Part shown: positions 22,551 through 35,195 of the stretch, in pieces
Position numbering within the stretch: position 1 is the stretch's first letter
Layout of the letters: every line of letters begins with the position of its first letter
Assembly (NCBI GenBank): GCA_021432655.1
Contig: MU271206.1
Location: forward strand, 62,001 to 126,000
Length of the DNA: 64,000 nt
From: Atractiella rhizophila
Taxonomy: Eukaryota
Direction: 5' to 3'
Position numbers and translations under genes: made by a program
Notes under the pieces: generated by a model
Seen by the model: the letters and a program-made list of their open reading frames with translations, nothing else
The model's database searches: none
Told to the model about the DNA's origin: nothing

Positions 22551-23808
22551 TTAAAAAACAAACACCTGGTCCTCCATCTTACTGATAGTTTTAGCCTTGG
22601 GGAATCCGATATCCTCAAGATGCTTCTTCATGGCAGACATCATCGGAGGGGGACCTAAAACCAGTTACTCAATACTTTTTGCCGCAACAGCTTGGAAGGG
22701 AGGACTGACCGCAGAGAAGGACCTTGACTCCTTCAGTCGAAGGAGATGAGATGTGCTTCTCAATCATTGTACGAGAAACGAATCCAACACCGCCTTCCCA
22801 TTTTTCAGGCGGGTTGTTAAGGACGTAGTAGACCTATCCGAAACATTTAAGAGACTCCCACGGCAGAGGTGAGGAGTGCATACGTTGAACCGCTCAGGAT
22901 GTGTCTCGACCAAATTGTCCAAGTCTTGTTTGAGCAGGATATCCTCCGAGTTGACGTTTGCGTAGATGAGAGAAACCTTTGTTTTGTCTTTCGGGTTCTT
23001 GAGGATAGCACGAATGATTTGCTATGCAAGAGGTCATAATCAGCGGTCGTGAGAAGGGTAAACTGGCTGGCTGGCTTACAAGCATCGGGGTGATACCTGT
23101 CCCGCCGGCAATCATTCCTATCTCGTTCGCGTAACCCGGTACATATTTCATTTGTCCCTTCGGCCCCTTCGGCCCTTTCATTTCGACATACTCCCCAACC
23201 TTGAGCTGTGAAACGTATTTCGAAATGTTTCCCTGAGGATAGCTCTGCGAAAGAAATAACATGGGTCGTCAGCATTTCCGTCTCAATGAATGAAGTAGAG
23301 CAGATGGTTAAGCTCTGTATTCCGGTTCACATTCATTCATTTGAAAGCACAACGCTTAGGAGCAAGTGCCTTACTCCTTCCCACCCAATATAATATTTAC
23401 GAAAAGCTGCTCACCTTGATCATGAAGTCTACGTAACCCTTATCATCATCGCTGCTGATAGGCGTGTAACTCCTCATAATATCCTTCCCTCCAATCTTTC
23501 CCCTGATTTGAATATGTTGTCCAATGGGCAATCCAAGCACGGAAGTGTCCTTTTTCAGCGCAAAACGGTAAATGGCCGTGTTGGGCGAAATGGTTATTAT
23601 CTTCTGCAGGGGGTATTTGAGCCATTCCGTGCTGGACAGCGACGGCGGAACTGCACGACATGAAGCATTAGCAAAGGCGGTGAGCTGGGAAGAAGGATAT
23701 ACCTTCGCTCTTCCTATTGTACCACCAGAGAAAGAGTGAGGTAATTGACATGCCCAAGACGAGGGAGATGATTTGGGCGACGGCGCCTGGTCCTTCTTCG
23801 GCTGTCAT
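22551..23808 (-). CDS. CBR1: NADH-cytochrome b5 reductase
   Basis: N-terminal membrane anchor; TAIYRFAL...LGLPIGQHI...[14 protein letters not shown]...SYPQGNISK...[13 protein letters not shown]...LCGPPPM...[10 protein letters not shown]. Confidence 0.92.
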
Positions 23809-24114
23809 TTTGGTGGCCTAGTGCTCTCTAAAGGTCTATAAATGTGTGGTATTCCTCCTATATGAACCTCTTCCTGCGCTGAACCAGGCTGCACCTCAAC
23901 TTTTGAACCCCAACAAGTCGTTCCGCGCCAAAATTCTTTTGGCGGACGTGGAAGCGCGGAAAAGTTACCGACGGCCATCCGACGCATTCAGCTGCCATCG
24001 GCATTCGGCATTGTCGAAAAAGGAAACACCTCCCGCTCGCCACTTTGACCAACTTTTCAACGCGACTAGACTTCTGAAACTAGACTTAGACTCTGATAAC
24101 CAGCCTTTATCGGA

Positions 24115-24459
24115 ATGAAGCCCTCTCTCCCTCGTCTCCTCGTTCTCTCCCGCTCTTTCTACCAGCGACAGCGTGGCTTCCAATCGCCAGCTCCACCATC
24201 GCTTCCTCCTGAAGAACAAAAGGAATTCGAGCGTCTACAACGTTTAGCGAACCAGTCGTTATCTTCTCAACCTTCACAGACGAGCGCAGAAGAGGAGACG
24301 CACCCTGACTTCTACAAGAAGCCGAAACCCGAGTTCGATGGCGAAACGAATCCGAATACGGGAGAGGTTGGGGGACCGAAGAATGAGCCGGTGAAGAGGT
24401 GGGTCGATGGAGAGGGAGGAGGAGAGTGGAGCTTTGGTGGGAAAGTCAGCGACTTTTAG
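24115..24459 (+). CDS. SDH8: Succinate dehydrogenase assembly factor 4
   Basis: Mitochondrial presequence; PPSLPPEEQKEFE; EFDGETNPNTGEVGGPKNEP...EWSFGGKVSDF C-terminus. Confidence 0.92.
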   Translation: MKPSLPRLLVLSRSFYQRQRGFQSPAPPSLPPEEQKEFERLQRLANQSLSSQPSQTSAEEETHPDFYKKPKPEFDGETNPNTGEVGGPKNEPVKRWVDGEGGGEWSFGGKVSDF

Positions 24460-24894
24460 TCCGCATCGGTGCGTTTTCCCGCGTCTTATCATTGGACCTG
24501 GAAGTCGACGGCTACGGGCTGGATAGCCTATTCAGCACGAGTTCTCCCTTGTTGCGCACCGTAAATTATTGCCATGTTTACGCATTCGTTTAGGCCGTTT
24601 CTACATAAGCACAAGCCCTGTTGAGAATGTGATGTACAGGACTTTCCTGCATCGACAATTACAGTTTGTATCAACCAAAACAACTTGATTGACAGCACGC
24701 CGTGTCGATGGTCTTGCGAAAGCAAGGACTGAAACCAGCAGTTTACGCGACAAGTAAGAATCGCTCCTAAAATGAATCTGTGCGAAATCTATTCTGCAGC
24801 AAGTCTGGGAGGAAAGTAATGAAGATAGAACTATATCATTACTTCAAGATGTGATCAGATTCACAACATTAGAAGGCTTTCAATGGCTTTCACA

Positions 24895-26235
24895 TTAGTA
24901 CATAAGGTTGCCGACAGCAGATGGGCCTCCCGCATCGGTGTACCTGTTTTTTCCTGTTAAGAAAGAAAGGAGGATGGCGAAGCTGGATACTCACAGGCAA
25001 GAGCCGGTGCCTACGAAGTCGGCAGCGCCGTTGCCGTTGGCGCGGAGGAGAGAGGGGGAGGTAGCGACCTGTTATGCATCAGCGCTTACCACTAGCAGTG
25101 AGAGGGAAGACGAACGAAGGGGAAGTAGAGCTATTTCCAAGCGCACAGCAGTGAGACCTCCTTGTTGGTGATGATGACAAGAAGGAGAAAGACGCACGAT
25201 AACCCAAGACTGTGAATCAAGCCAGGCAAAGGCTTGTCTGAAGAAATCCACCTGTGCTGCTTGTCCCCCGGAAGGATTTTGTAAAGCGAATTCAGAAATG
25301 ATCACTCCGTATTGCGGGAAGCGGTTGTGTGCGTTCGTGACATGTGCTTGGAATTGGGCGAAGTTTTGGCCTTTCCAAAAGATGTCAGTTATTGTATATT
25401 TGATAGATCACGAGGGATATGCTCACCATACCAGTGCTGTGCACATCATCCCTATATTCAACATTATCACCGCTGAGGAATGGGATGCTTTACCAAGTTG
25501 ATGTAATCAGCATAGCAGCCGCCAGCACAGGCGTTCACCATCTGTTGAAGCCAGTCCAGTCCGCGACCTGCTGATGTGTCGCTCGTGATTGCAGGAAGGG
25601 CCTTCTTGATGGCTTTACCCCATACCAAAGATATCAGGAAGACGCCAGGAGGAGTTGTGAGAGACTGAAGGATGTGACGTACAAAGAGGATTGATGTTGG
25701 TCTTGTACCAGTTGGCGGTGTCGGCGGGCGAGTGATATGTCGCTGGATGATCGGGCTCGTTGACAGAGAAGACAGCTGAGTCGAAGGAAATATAGGTCAG
25801 GATTCGTTGGTACCGCTTTGGGTCGAATGAAAGGAGACGCACTTGACCATCCATATTGCCTCCATCGGTTCTGCAGCTGATTCAAAGGACTAGATTGACA
25901 GTCCCAACAACCTTGCATGCCGATCCATCCGTACCCTCCCAGATTGTTTTTGAACGTTGGTGGTGGGTAGGTTTCCTGCAAGAAAGTGTCACCGGACTGG
26001 TCACGAAGCAGCGAGGAAAGAAGGAAGACGGACCCAGTCGTAGATGGCTACCACTTGGCCTTGACCGTTGTTCAAGACTCCAGGGTCGAGTGGTTGGTTG
26101 TCTATGAACCTTTCACCGTTTGTGTCTCGGTTTCAGAGAGCAGGGACAAGACTTACACCATGGCCAGGCAACACCCCTCTTTCCCGCCTGAACGGCAGAA
26201 GCAGCCAAAAGCGCAGACAGAACAAAAGAGATCAT
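24895..26235 (-). CDS. Secreted GH128 (Asl1-like) beta-1,3-glucanase
   Basis: Signal peptide then GKRGVAWPW...YDWE...SVNEPD...WLQQM...INLHWYG...IISEFAL. Both catalytic glutamates (NEP, SEF) are present. Confidence 0.88.
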
Positions 26236-27746
26236 GATGTTGGGATCACCGAGACTTCGACTGCGAGTAATGGGAAAATAAAGAGGATCTGCAAAGCCTT
26301 TTGTACTCTTAAGGTATCACACGCTTCACCCCACCTTATACACCTTGGAAGTAAATGCCCTCGAGTCCTGCTGCGGCTAAGGACGGAAGTCGTGCTTCTT
26401 GGGGCACCTTGGTCTTTCCATCGTTTTTTTCTTCTGCGGTGAACATAAACAACATCCCGTCCTCATCCATGGGAGTACAAAAGACGAATGGCATGCCTGC
26501 GATCAGCGGGCTGATGGAGAAACGTAAACGCGTGAATGGGGCTTGTCAGCGTGTCAAGACACGTTGATGCGGCAGCCAAACGTCCAAAGCGAGCGCCGAG
26601 TGACAAGAAAGAGAGGGCGAGGATGAACCAAGGTAATCCAGAACCTAACCAGTCATCCCGCTTATCCGAGGACTGAGCGAAATTTTGAGAAACGTCACAA
26701 GGTGTAGCATGGTGAAGAAGCAGACAGTTTCCTGCCTTTAGACATCGCGTCCTTGTCGAGAAAGGTATGAATGCCAGTGGTGTACAGGGAGAAACGTTGG
26801 CGTCTGTCTTCGTGTCTTCCACTGACTTTTCGGAAGTTTTTTTGTGTTGTTCTTTCTTTCAGCGTCATGTAACTTATTTGGTGTTGGCCTGGGCAAATGT
26901 GAAAGCAGCTCAGTTAGCAAGGCATATATCGAGAGAATTGTGTTTCAGAGCAGTCTGTGCCTTCTAAGCACTCCTGGCATAGGTTGCCTCTAGAACTAAG
27001 CATTCAAAAGTCCAAACAAGCAGTGGTCATAAAACATTGCTTCGCCATAGAGAAGCGGAAGTGGCACGGAAGAAGACGCAAGGAGATGAAAGGAGAAACT
27101 CAGACGGCATTACTATAGAACTTGAATGTAGGGGAATGATTGGATAGCTGCTTCGAAGCAAACATAGTTTTGCTTGTCAGCGAGTGACAGGCTATTCCAG
27201 CAATCACGAAGCCTTAATGGATGATACAATCCATAAATTACAACATTCTATGCTGTTCCCAGCCTAGAACATTACATTCCATTTCTAGGCAAGTGCATTC
27301 AGAAGAACTACGTGAGTGTACGTCAGCCGTTGCTCCGCTGTTGGTGGGAGATCTTCTTGGACAGCAAGTGCATGTTAACAGAAATATCGTTAAATAGCTA
27401 CTAAGTAGGCCTTCTCTAAGAGGTGAGTTGCTCAGTGCATTGCTCGGGTGTTGTTGCGTGACTGTAGCGTAATCCGGAGAACAACTGCCGCAGATGGGAG
27501 GGAGTCGAACGGGACTCTCTAGAAGTTCCCACGTAGACCTTTACTGGCCTACAATGATGCAATGTACCCATGTCCATGAATAGCTGCTATCCGCGTTCAC
27601 ACTGCTACGGTGAAAAGCAGGTGCCGTCGTCCCAGACGTGCCTTGTGGCAATGTTTATGCAGTCCGAGTTATGATCTACTCCAGTCTTTCTCCGTGTCTC
27701 TTTCACGCACCCATTACACCTATTGACTCTCACATTTCCAGGCGTC

Positions 27747-30524
27747 ATGGACCCAAGCAAGCTCAAACTCTCGAGCTACTCGAGCTCCCTCCCCGCAGCG
27801 GGTGCGCTCTCCACCGCCAAAATGTCCTTCTTCACCTCCGGCAGTTCCAAGAAGTCGAAACACGAGAGGGAGAAGGAAGCGGCTGAAAAGAAGCGGAGGG
27901 AGGAGGAGGAAGCGGCTGCGGAAGCATATAAGGACTTTCTGGAAGCGTTTGAGGGAGATGGTGAGGAAGGACCGATGGCGGCGAGTGGTAAGGTTAAAGG
28001 AAGGGGATTTGTGAGGGCTGGTGGAGAGAGATATGAGGGGACAAGAAATGTTGGTGCTGGGATGGGAGGGATGTTTGGTGAGGAAGAAGAGGAGGTAAGT
28101 CACCATTTTTATCTTTGTTTGAGTGGATGGTGAGCTTGATTGTGTGGGTGCACAAGATTGCAAAGCCAGTGAGAAGAGGGCCACCAACTGGACCTTCGAG
28201 GGAGAGGGAGAGGGAACTGGAACGCGAACGAGATAGAGAGAGAAAAAAAGAGAGGGAAAGGGAAAGGGAACGTGAAGCTGCAGCCGCCGTTGCTGGGAAG
28301 AAGGCAAGCACCATGAGTTCTTTTCTAGCTGAATTGAAGAGGTGCGTCATTCATTCCCCTTCATTATCACGCATTCTGAGCGATTGTTTACGCGCACGCA
28401 GAGATTCAGCGGACAGGGATCGTTATACCAAAAGAACGGCACCAGCTAGTACGTTTCCCCTTCACCCTCTCTTTGCTGTTAAGTTGTTTCAAGGCTACGA
28501 GCGCCCGACCACAATGGGAAGCCACGATATGGGAGATCCATCGACGACAAATATTCATGTTGGGAACTTACCCACCACCATAACGGAACAAGCTCTTGGT
28601 TTCTTCTTCTGTCAGTACGGTGCAATTGGGTCACTGAAAATCATGTGGCCACGCGAACCGGTGTGTTTGTTTACCCACCCACCACGTCATCAAGAAGAGT
28701 TTTGTTGAATAAGCGATAGGGACCTTCGCGGAATTTGGGAGGATTCGTAGCTTTCATGAAGAGAACGGATGCGGATCTAGCGCTCAGGAAAGCGGATGGA
28801 GCGGATTTGATGGGGAATAAGTTGAGGTGTGGATGGGGAAAGGCGGTCAATCTGCCGCCAAAGTGTATAATCGGTGTGTATTTTTGTTTCCTTGTAGAAG
28901 TAGGTACTGAGACCGTCTTGCAGAGAGCAGAAAAGAAGAGAGAGAGGAAAGGGGTCGAAGCAAGGATAGAAACGTTCGTTCATCCATCGCATGCTTAAGA
29001 TATGGAGACCTGACAGTCTGCATTCAGAGGACGAGCCGGAAACGTAAAAGCTCCTACGACTCTAGAAGTCGTTCTCGCGATCGTGACCGTGATCGCTCTC
29101 GATCTTATTCGCCAACTCGCTCACGTTCACGATCGCGCTCCCGAGGACGCGCGCAACATTCTTCCAAGAGAGCCCGCTACTCATCTCGCTCTCGATCATA
29201 CTCTCGTTCTCGCTCCCACTCTCGCGGTAGATCGCCATCGTACTCTCCTCGTTCTCGCTCCTACGCTCCCTCCCGCTCCCGTTCACGTTCGCGCTCTCGT
29301 TCTCGTTCTCGTTCGAGAGATAGACGTCTATGGCCGAAATTGGATCCAGCTGAGGAAGACATTGTCCGTATCGTCGCAAGAAAGGTGAAGGAACAAGGAT
29401 CGCGGTCTGAAGATGCGATCAAGGAGCGTGAAAGAGATAATCCCTCATATGCCTTCCTACGGGACAAGTCTAGCAAAGGTTACATCTACCTGCGAATGCT
29501 TTTGGATGACCGATGGAGGTGTGCGACGCCAGATATGTGGTTTGATGATGACGGCGCCAACAGTACATACAGCACTGACAGTGCAGAAGAAAGTGAAGAT
29601 GAGCGAATGAAAGATAGGAGGCGGGGAAAGTTGGGGAAGCTGGGGAGGCAAAGGTTTGAAAGTATGCTTAGAGGGATCACGAATACGCGAGAGAAGGTTG
29701 CGAGGTGTATGGCTTTTGCTATCAGACATGCTGACGCGTGTGACGAAGTATGTCATATCAGTCTATGATGCACGGGAAAAATTGATTCATCTTGTCAGGT
29801 TGTGGATATTCTCATCAAATCACTTACAATTCCATCGACACCAATTCCTCGAAAGATTGCACGGCTTCACGTCATCTCTGACATTTTGCACAATTCCTCC
29901 GCGTCGATCCAAAACGTCTGGCGATTCAGAAGTGCTTTTGAATCTCGCCTCCAAGTTGTATTCGACCACCTGAACCTAATTTACCGCTCGTTCCCGTCCC
30001 GTCTCAAAGCAGAAGCGTTCAGGATGCGCATCATGGGTTGCGTCGGCGAATGGGACAAGTGGCTTGCCTTCACCCCAGGAAGGATTGAGGAATGGGAGGC
30101 CCGACTTTTAACCAAAGGGAATGGAGAGATCATTCAAATTGTGGAGGGACCTGATTTATCGCATGAGCCAACGAGAGATCATTCCAGAGGAGCCGCCGCC
30201 CACATTTCAGCCGTACCCTCAGTCACCGCCGTGAAAAACAATCCTATTATTGGACGTCTCGATGGAACAGTAATGGAAGAGGACATGGACGGTGCACCCA
30301 TGCCAGTCGAAGGAGAAGTTGATGGCGCGCTTGTGAACCAAAACCTTGACGGAGCGGCGATGGATGAAGATGTAGACGGAGCCCCAATGGATGACGACAT
30401 AGATGGAGCCCCAATGGAGGATGATGTAGACGGAGCCCCAATGGAAGAAGACGTTGACGGAGCTTTAATGGAAGAAGAAGTCGATGGCGCGCCAATGCAG
30501 GACGGTGCCAATATGTTTGAATAG
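27747..30524 (+). CDS. U2 snRNP-associated SURP/RRM/CID protein (SR140/U2SURP-like)
   Basis: GSHDMGDPSTTNIHVGNLP RRM, IGSLKIMWPR, GFVAFMKR, RS-rich tract, SURP-like NPSYAFL, CID (MAFAIRHAD...KIARLHVISDILHNS). Confidence 0.9.
30258..30510 (+). repeat. Coding ~27-bp tandem repeat (D[V/I]DGAPM[E/D][E/D]) at the U2SURP C-terminus
   Basis: About nine imperfect DGA(P/L/A)M units. Confidence 0.85.
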
Positions 30525-30859
30525 TTCCTTCAATGCCTGAAAGGAATGCATTACTTATCAACTGGGAGAACTTTTCACTCGCCAATCTTTGCAACACTTG
30601 AAACGTAGAGAAAGGAGGTTCCAACGCCCCTAATCCCTGTTGTACGTTTAACACGGCGACAGTGTCCTTATACATTCGGATGGTGCACGCTTACGTGCAC
30701 AATACCTCCTGTCCGAGCGGAGCGGATGGCGGTCACGATCAAATGCTTCTGTCAGGAGTTGTATAAAGGGTACTCAGAATGTCGACCCAGACAGGGACGT
30801 ATACCGTTTAGTTAGCTCACTAAACATTGCGGTATCAAGGAGCAAAAGCTACTATCACA

Positions 30860-31553
30860 ATGGCTTTGAACACTTCCGACACCATCACCTTCGAAGGTTT
30901 GTTATGACCTCGTAGTTCATGGACTGACCGTTATACAGAGTTTATTGCGTGTACCGGGGCCATGACTGAGTGGGCAATGAGCTTTGACACAAAGGTAAGC
31001 GTCCCTGCTGGCATGCTGGCACCGCACGCCCATTGCTTACCTAAACACAAGGACTGGAACCGATTGAGAAGTTGTATCGCTCCCAGTATTCGAGTGTGCT
31101 GCATGATTCATGCGATAACAAGTTCTAACGTCGAAACAGATCGTGTACAAATTCCTAGATAAGCATTGGGATGCTCTCCCAGCCGAGGAGTACGTGGCGA
31201 TGACGGCCAAACTGTTTGGAGATCAGAGACTTGCCACCCAACACTTGTTTGGGTCCAGCCGGTGGGAGAAGACTTCAGATGATTCCATAACAGGGTATCA
31301 TCAGATTCGAGTAGCTCAGCAGAAGTACAAGGACAGCTCGAGGAAAGAGCTGGACATCAAAGGTCAGTCCATGATTGATTGCTGCAACGCTTTTTTGCCT
31401 CACATGTTGGCGACAGGTCATGCGCATGGAGAGAACATTCACTGGTACAAAAAAGTGAACGGTGTTTGGAAGTTCGCTGGATGTCAGCCGGAAATATGGT
31501 GGGGTGAATACAATCTCGAAAAATTCTTCGCTTCCCTTTCCCTGACAGCATGA
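30860..31553 (+). CDS. Scytalone dehydratase-like protein (NTF2/SnoaL fold), 5 exons
   Basis: ITFE...EWAMSFDTKDWNRLR...FLDKHWDALPAEEY...TQHLFGSSRWEK...GYHQIRV...KGHAHGENIHWYKKVNGVWKFAG is colinear with ascomycete scytalone dehydratases. TATAAA at ~30762. Confidence 0.9.
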
Positions 31554-31922
31554 AGGCAAACAATGGGAACTCTTAATATTACAAGGGAGAATCGTATCCT
31601 AGTACAATCATGCACCGCTAACTAAAACACCAAACCATTCTGCCGTTCATTCACGAATGTCCAAGGCATGAGCGGCCTGGAGCGGCCTGGAGAGGGATAG
31701 GCTCGGGGACCGCTCAGTGGGTCATGGTAGCTCTGAACAACGACAGTTGCTCCAATATTTGTTTCTTCAACGGCGAGGGGACTCCAAACATGGTTGGCTA
31801 TCCGTTGTGTGCCGAGCTGGGGCTGCCTTGTGATATAAAGAGCGTGGAATTGTTCGTTTATTTCTGAAGCCTCCTTCCTTCTCAGACGTGCAAAGCTTTG
31901 GACCCATTTAGCAACAATCAAA

Positions 31923-32430
31923 ATGTCCCAGCGCTTCCTTTCAATCATCCTGTGCGGCAAAAAAGTGGCGATTGGCTCTCAAGTCATTGCTGGCTTGAAA
32001 CCAGAGTACGAAGGTGAGTTGGTCTTTCTTTCCTTCACAACAATCTGACGAACCACTACAAGTGATCGAATTTGTCACATCCGCCGAAGAAGGTTGTGTT
32101 GTCCTCCCCAAAATACTCCAGGGCCAAGGACATTTAGTCTCCACCAGCAATGGGCTCGGCACGCACAACTACTCTGTCGAACCACAAGGGATCATGCTTG
32201 GAGCAGGGTTTGAGGAAGCAGATGTGCAAAAGATGATGGATGCTTGCAAAGGAGAAGATATTAGGAGAGTGCTTTGGTTGAGAGCGCGGAGGCCAGAAAA
32301 CGTGAATGAAAAGCTTGAACCTGGCACACCTGCATATATTCAAGCCTTTGTGGAACGAGCGAAGGCATGTTTGCACCAGTTGAATGCGAATGGGAAGTTA
32401 CGGAGCGCTGATGAAATCGTTTGGTTTTGA
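31923..32430 (+). CDS. Uncharacterised ~150-aa alpha/beta protein, paralog type 1
   Basis: ATG in CAAAATG context; exon 1 IILCGKKVAIGSQVIAGLKPEYE, one intron, exon 2 ending EIVWF*. Confidence 0.85.
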
Positions 32431-33255
32431 TGGTATACCCAAAGGGAGCAACCGGCTTTTATGTAGCGTGGAATGTTCACGCGGACGAAGAGGAATTGAT
32501 TCATTGGATTTTTTATCTCAAGACTCTGCTGTTTGAGTCTGCGAGGAACAGTGTTTACATCACTCGACCTGCTTCATGGGAGCCCTTGCTGCAGAGCCCC
32601 CGGGCGCAAAACCTGCAACAAGACCAAGTGAGGGGTGACGATTGCTGAGGAGTGAATTGTTAATGTCGCAATATCTTCTAGCGTATAACGCCCCCATGGA
32701 CATCCGCAGCTGGTATTTTTTGAATCGTGCCGAAAAGGCGTTTCTCATCAAACGAACAGCAGCCAAAAAAACTCCTCTTGAACGTTTGCAACGCACAAGC
32801 AACTCTTCTCTTTGCTCTCCTTGAACGATGCCGTGCCCAACGAACACCCGTGAATGCCTGTATGGAGGCATGAGCGTCCCTTGCGGAGAGGAGGAGATTG
32901 GAACAACAACAACAGGATGGAGGGCACACACCGCTCCATCCTAGAGTGTGGGGAATTTATGCTCCAACTTTCCCATTCCCCTGCTTACGAGAGCAGGCAA
33001 ACTCGAACTCCCATATTTCCCGATGAATGTAAAATGATCGTGATGGCGTATTGTAGTTCATTCAACCTACAAACGGCTGGCAGTGTTATTTCACAGATGA
33101 GCCCAAAATAACACAATGCCATTATGAAAGCTGCCAGTTCAAGCCGAACCCCAGATTGTATTCTGACATAAAAGAGCAGAGAATGGCTCGCCTCCTTCCA
33201 GTTGTTTGCTGAGCCCGTCTTTTTCAAACGCACAAACAGAGAAGCCAGCGTCAAA

Positions 33256-33768
33256 ATGACACACGGTCCAATTCCAATCGTTCTTTGTGGCAGAGCAGCT
33301 GTCATTGGCTCCAAAGTCATAGCTGGCTTGAAACCAGAGTACGAAGGCGAGTAGCTCTCTTGTTTTCTTCACTGAGGACCTGACTAGTCGCTCGCACAAG
33401 TGATCGAGTTCATCACATCCACAGAAGAAGGTTGTGTTGCCCTCCCTCAAATCCTCCGAGGCCAAGGACATCTGGTCTCCTCCAGCAACGAGCTCGGTAC
33501 ACACAACTACTCCGTTGAACCACAAGCAATCATGTTTGGAGCCGGGTATGAGGACGAAGACGTGGAAAAATTGAGGGACGCTTGTAAAGGAGAGGGGATC
33601 AAGAGAGTGCCTTGGTTGAGAGCGAAGAAAATAGAAGATGTGACCACTGAAAAGATTGAGCCAGGGCCGGCATATGCTCAAGCTGTTCTGGGACGAGCGA
33701 AGGATTGTTTGAACAAGTTGAACGCGGAGGCGAAGTTGGGAAGCAATGATGAGACTGTTTGGTTTTGA
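33256..33768 (+). CDS. Uncharacterised ~150-aa protein, paralog type 2 (GC-AG intron)
   Basis: MTHGPIPIVLCGRAAVIGSKVIAGLKPEYE / VIEFITS...ETVWF*. Intron 33347-33400 starts GCGAGT. Confidence 0.85.
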
Positions 33769-33862
33769 TTTATATTCAAGAGCGTGGAATTGTTCGTTTA
33801 TTTCTGAAGCCTCCTTCCTTCTCAGACGTGCAAAGCTTTGGACCCATTTAGCAACAATCAAA

Positions 33863-34370
33863 ATGTCCCAGCGCTTCCTTTCAATCATCCTGTGCGGCAA
33901 AAAAGTGGCGATTGGCTCTCAAGTCATTGCTGGCTTGAAACCAGAGTACGAAGGTGAGTTGGTCTTTCTTTCCTTCACAACAATCTGACGAACCACTACA
34001 AGTGATCGAATTTGTCACATCCGCCGAAGAAGGTTGTGTTGTCCTCCCCAAAATACTCCAGGGCCAAGGACATTTAGTCTCCACCAGCAATGGGCTCGGC
34101 ACGCACAACTACTCTGTCGAACCACAAGGGATCATGCTTGGAGCAGGGTTTGAGGAAGCAGATGTGCAAAAGATGATGGATGCTTGCAAAGGAGAAGATA
34201 TTAGGAGAGTGCTTTGGTTGAGAGCGCGGAGGCCAGAAAACGTGAATGAAAAGCTTGAACCTGGCACACCTGCATATATTCAAGCCTTTGTGGAACGAGC
34301 GAAGGCATGTTTGCACCAGTTGAATGCGAATGGGAAGTTACGGAGCGCTGATGAAATCGTTTGGTTTTGA
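33863..34370 (+). CDS. Uncharacterised ~150-aa protein, duplicate of type 1
   Basis: Same translation as 31923-32430. Confidence 0.8.
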
Positions 34371-35195
34371 TGGTATACCCAAGGGGAGCAACCGGCTTTT
34401 ATGTAGCGTGGAATGTTCATGCGGACGAAGAGGAATTGATTCATTGGATTTTTTATCTCAAGACTCTGCTGTTTGAGTTTGCGAGGAACAGTGTTTACAT
34501 CACTCGACCTGCTTCATGGGAGCCCTTGCTGCAGAGCCCCCGGGCGCAAAATCTGCAACAAGATCAAGTGAGGGGTGACGATTGCTGAGGAGTGAATTGT
34601 TAATGTCGCAATATCTTCTAGCGTATAACGCCCCCATGGACATCCGCAGCTGGTATTTTTGAATCGTGCCGAAAAGGCGTTTCTCATCAAACGAACAGCA
34701 GCCAAAAAAAACTCCTCTTGAACGTTTGCAACGCACAAGCAACTCTTCTCTTTGCTCTCCTTGAACGATGCCGTGCCCAACGAACACCCGTGAATGCCTG
34801 TATGGAGGCATGAGCGTCCCTTGCGGAGAGGAGGAGATTGGAACAACAACAACAGGATGGAGGGCACACACCGCTCCATCCTAGAGTGTGGGGAATTTAT
34901 GCTCCAACTTTCCCATTCGCCTGCTTACGAGAGCAGGCAAAGTCGAACTCCCATATTTTCCGATGAATGTAAAATGATCGTGATGGCGTATTGTAGTTCA
35001 TTCAACCTACAAACGGCTGGCAGTGTTATTTCACAGATGAGCCCAAAATAACACAATGCCGTTATGAAAGCTGCCAGTTCAAGCCGAACCCCAGACTGTC
35101 TTCTGACATAAAAGAGCAGAGAATGGCTCGCCTCCTTCCAGTTGTTTGCTGAGCCCGTCTTTTTCAAACGCACAAACAGAGAAGCCAGCGTCAAA

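Noticed and set aside
27494..27525. GGGAGTCGAAC resembling a reverse-strand tRNA T-arm
   Set aside because: No acceptor, D or anticodon stems could be formed.
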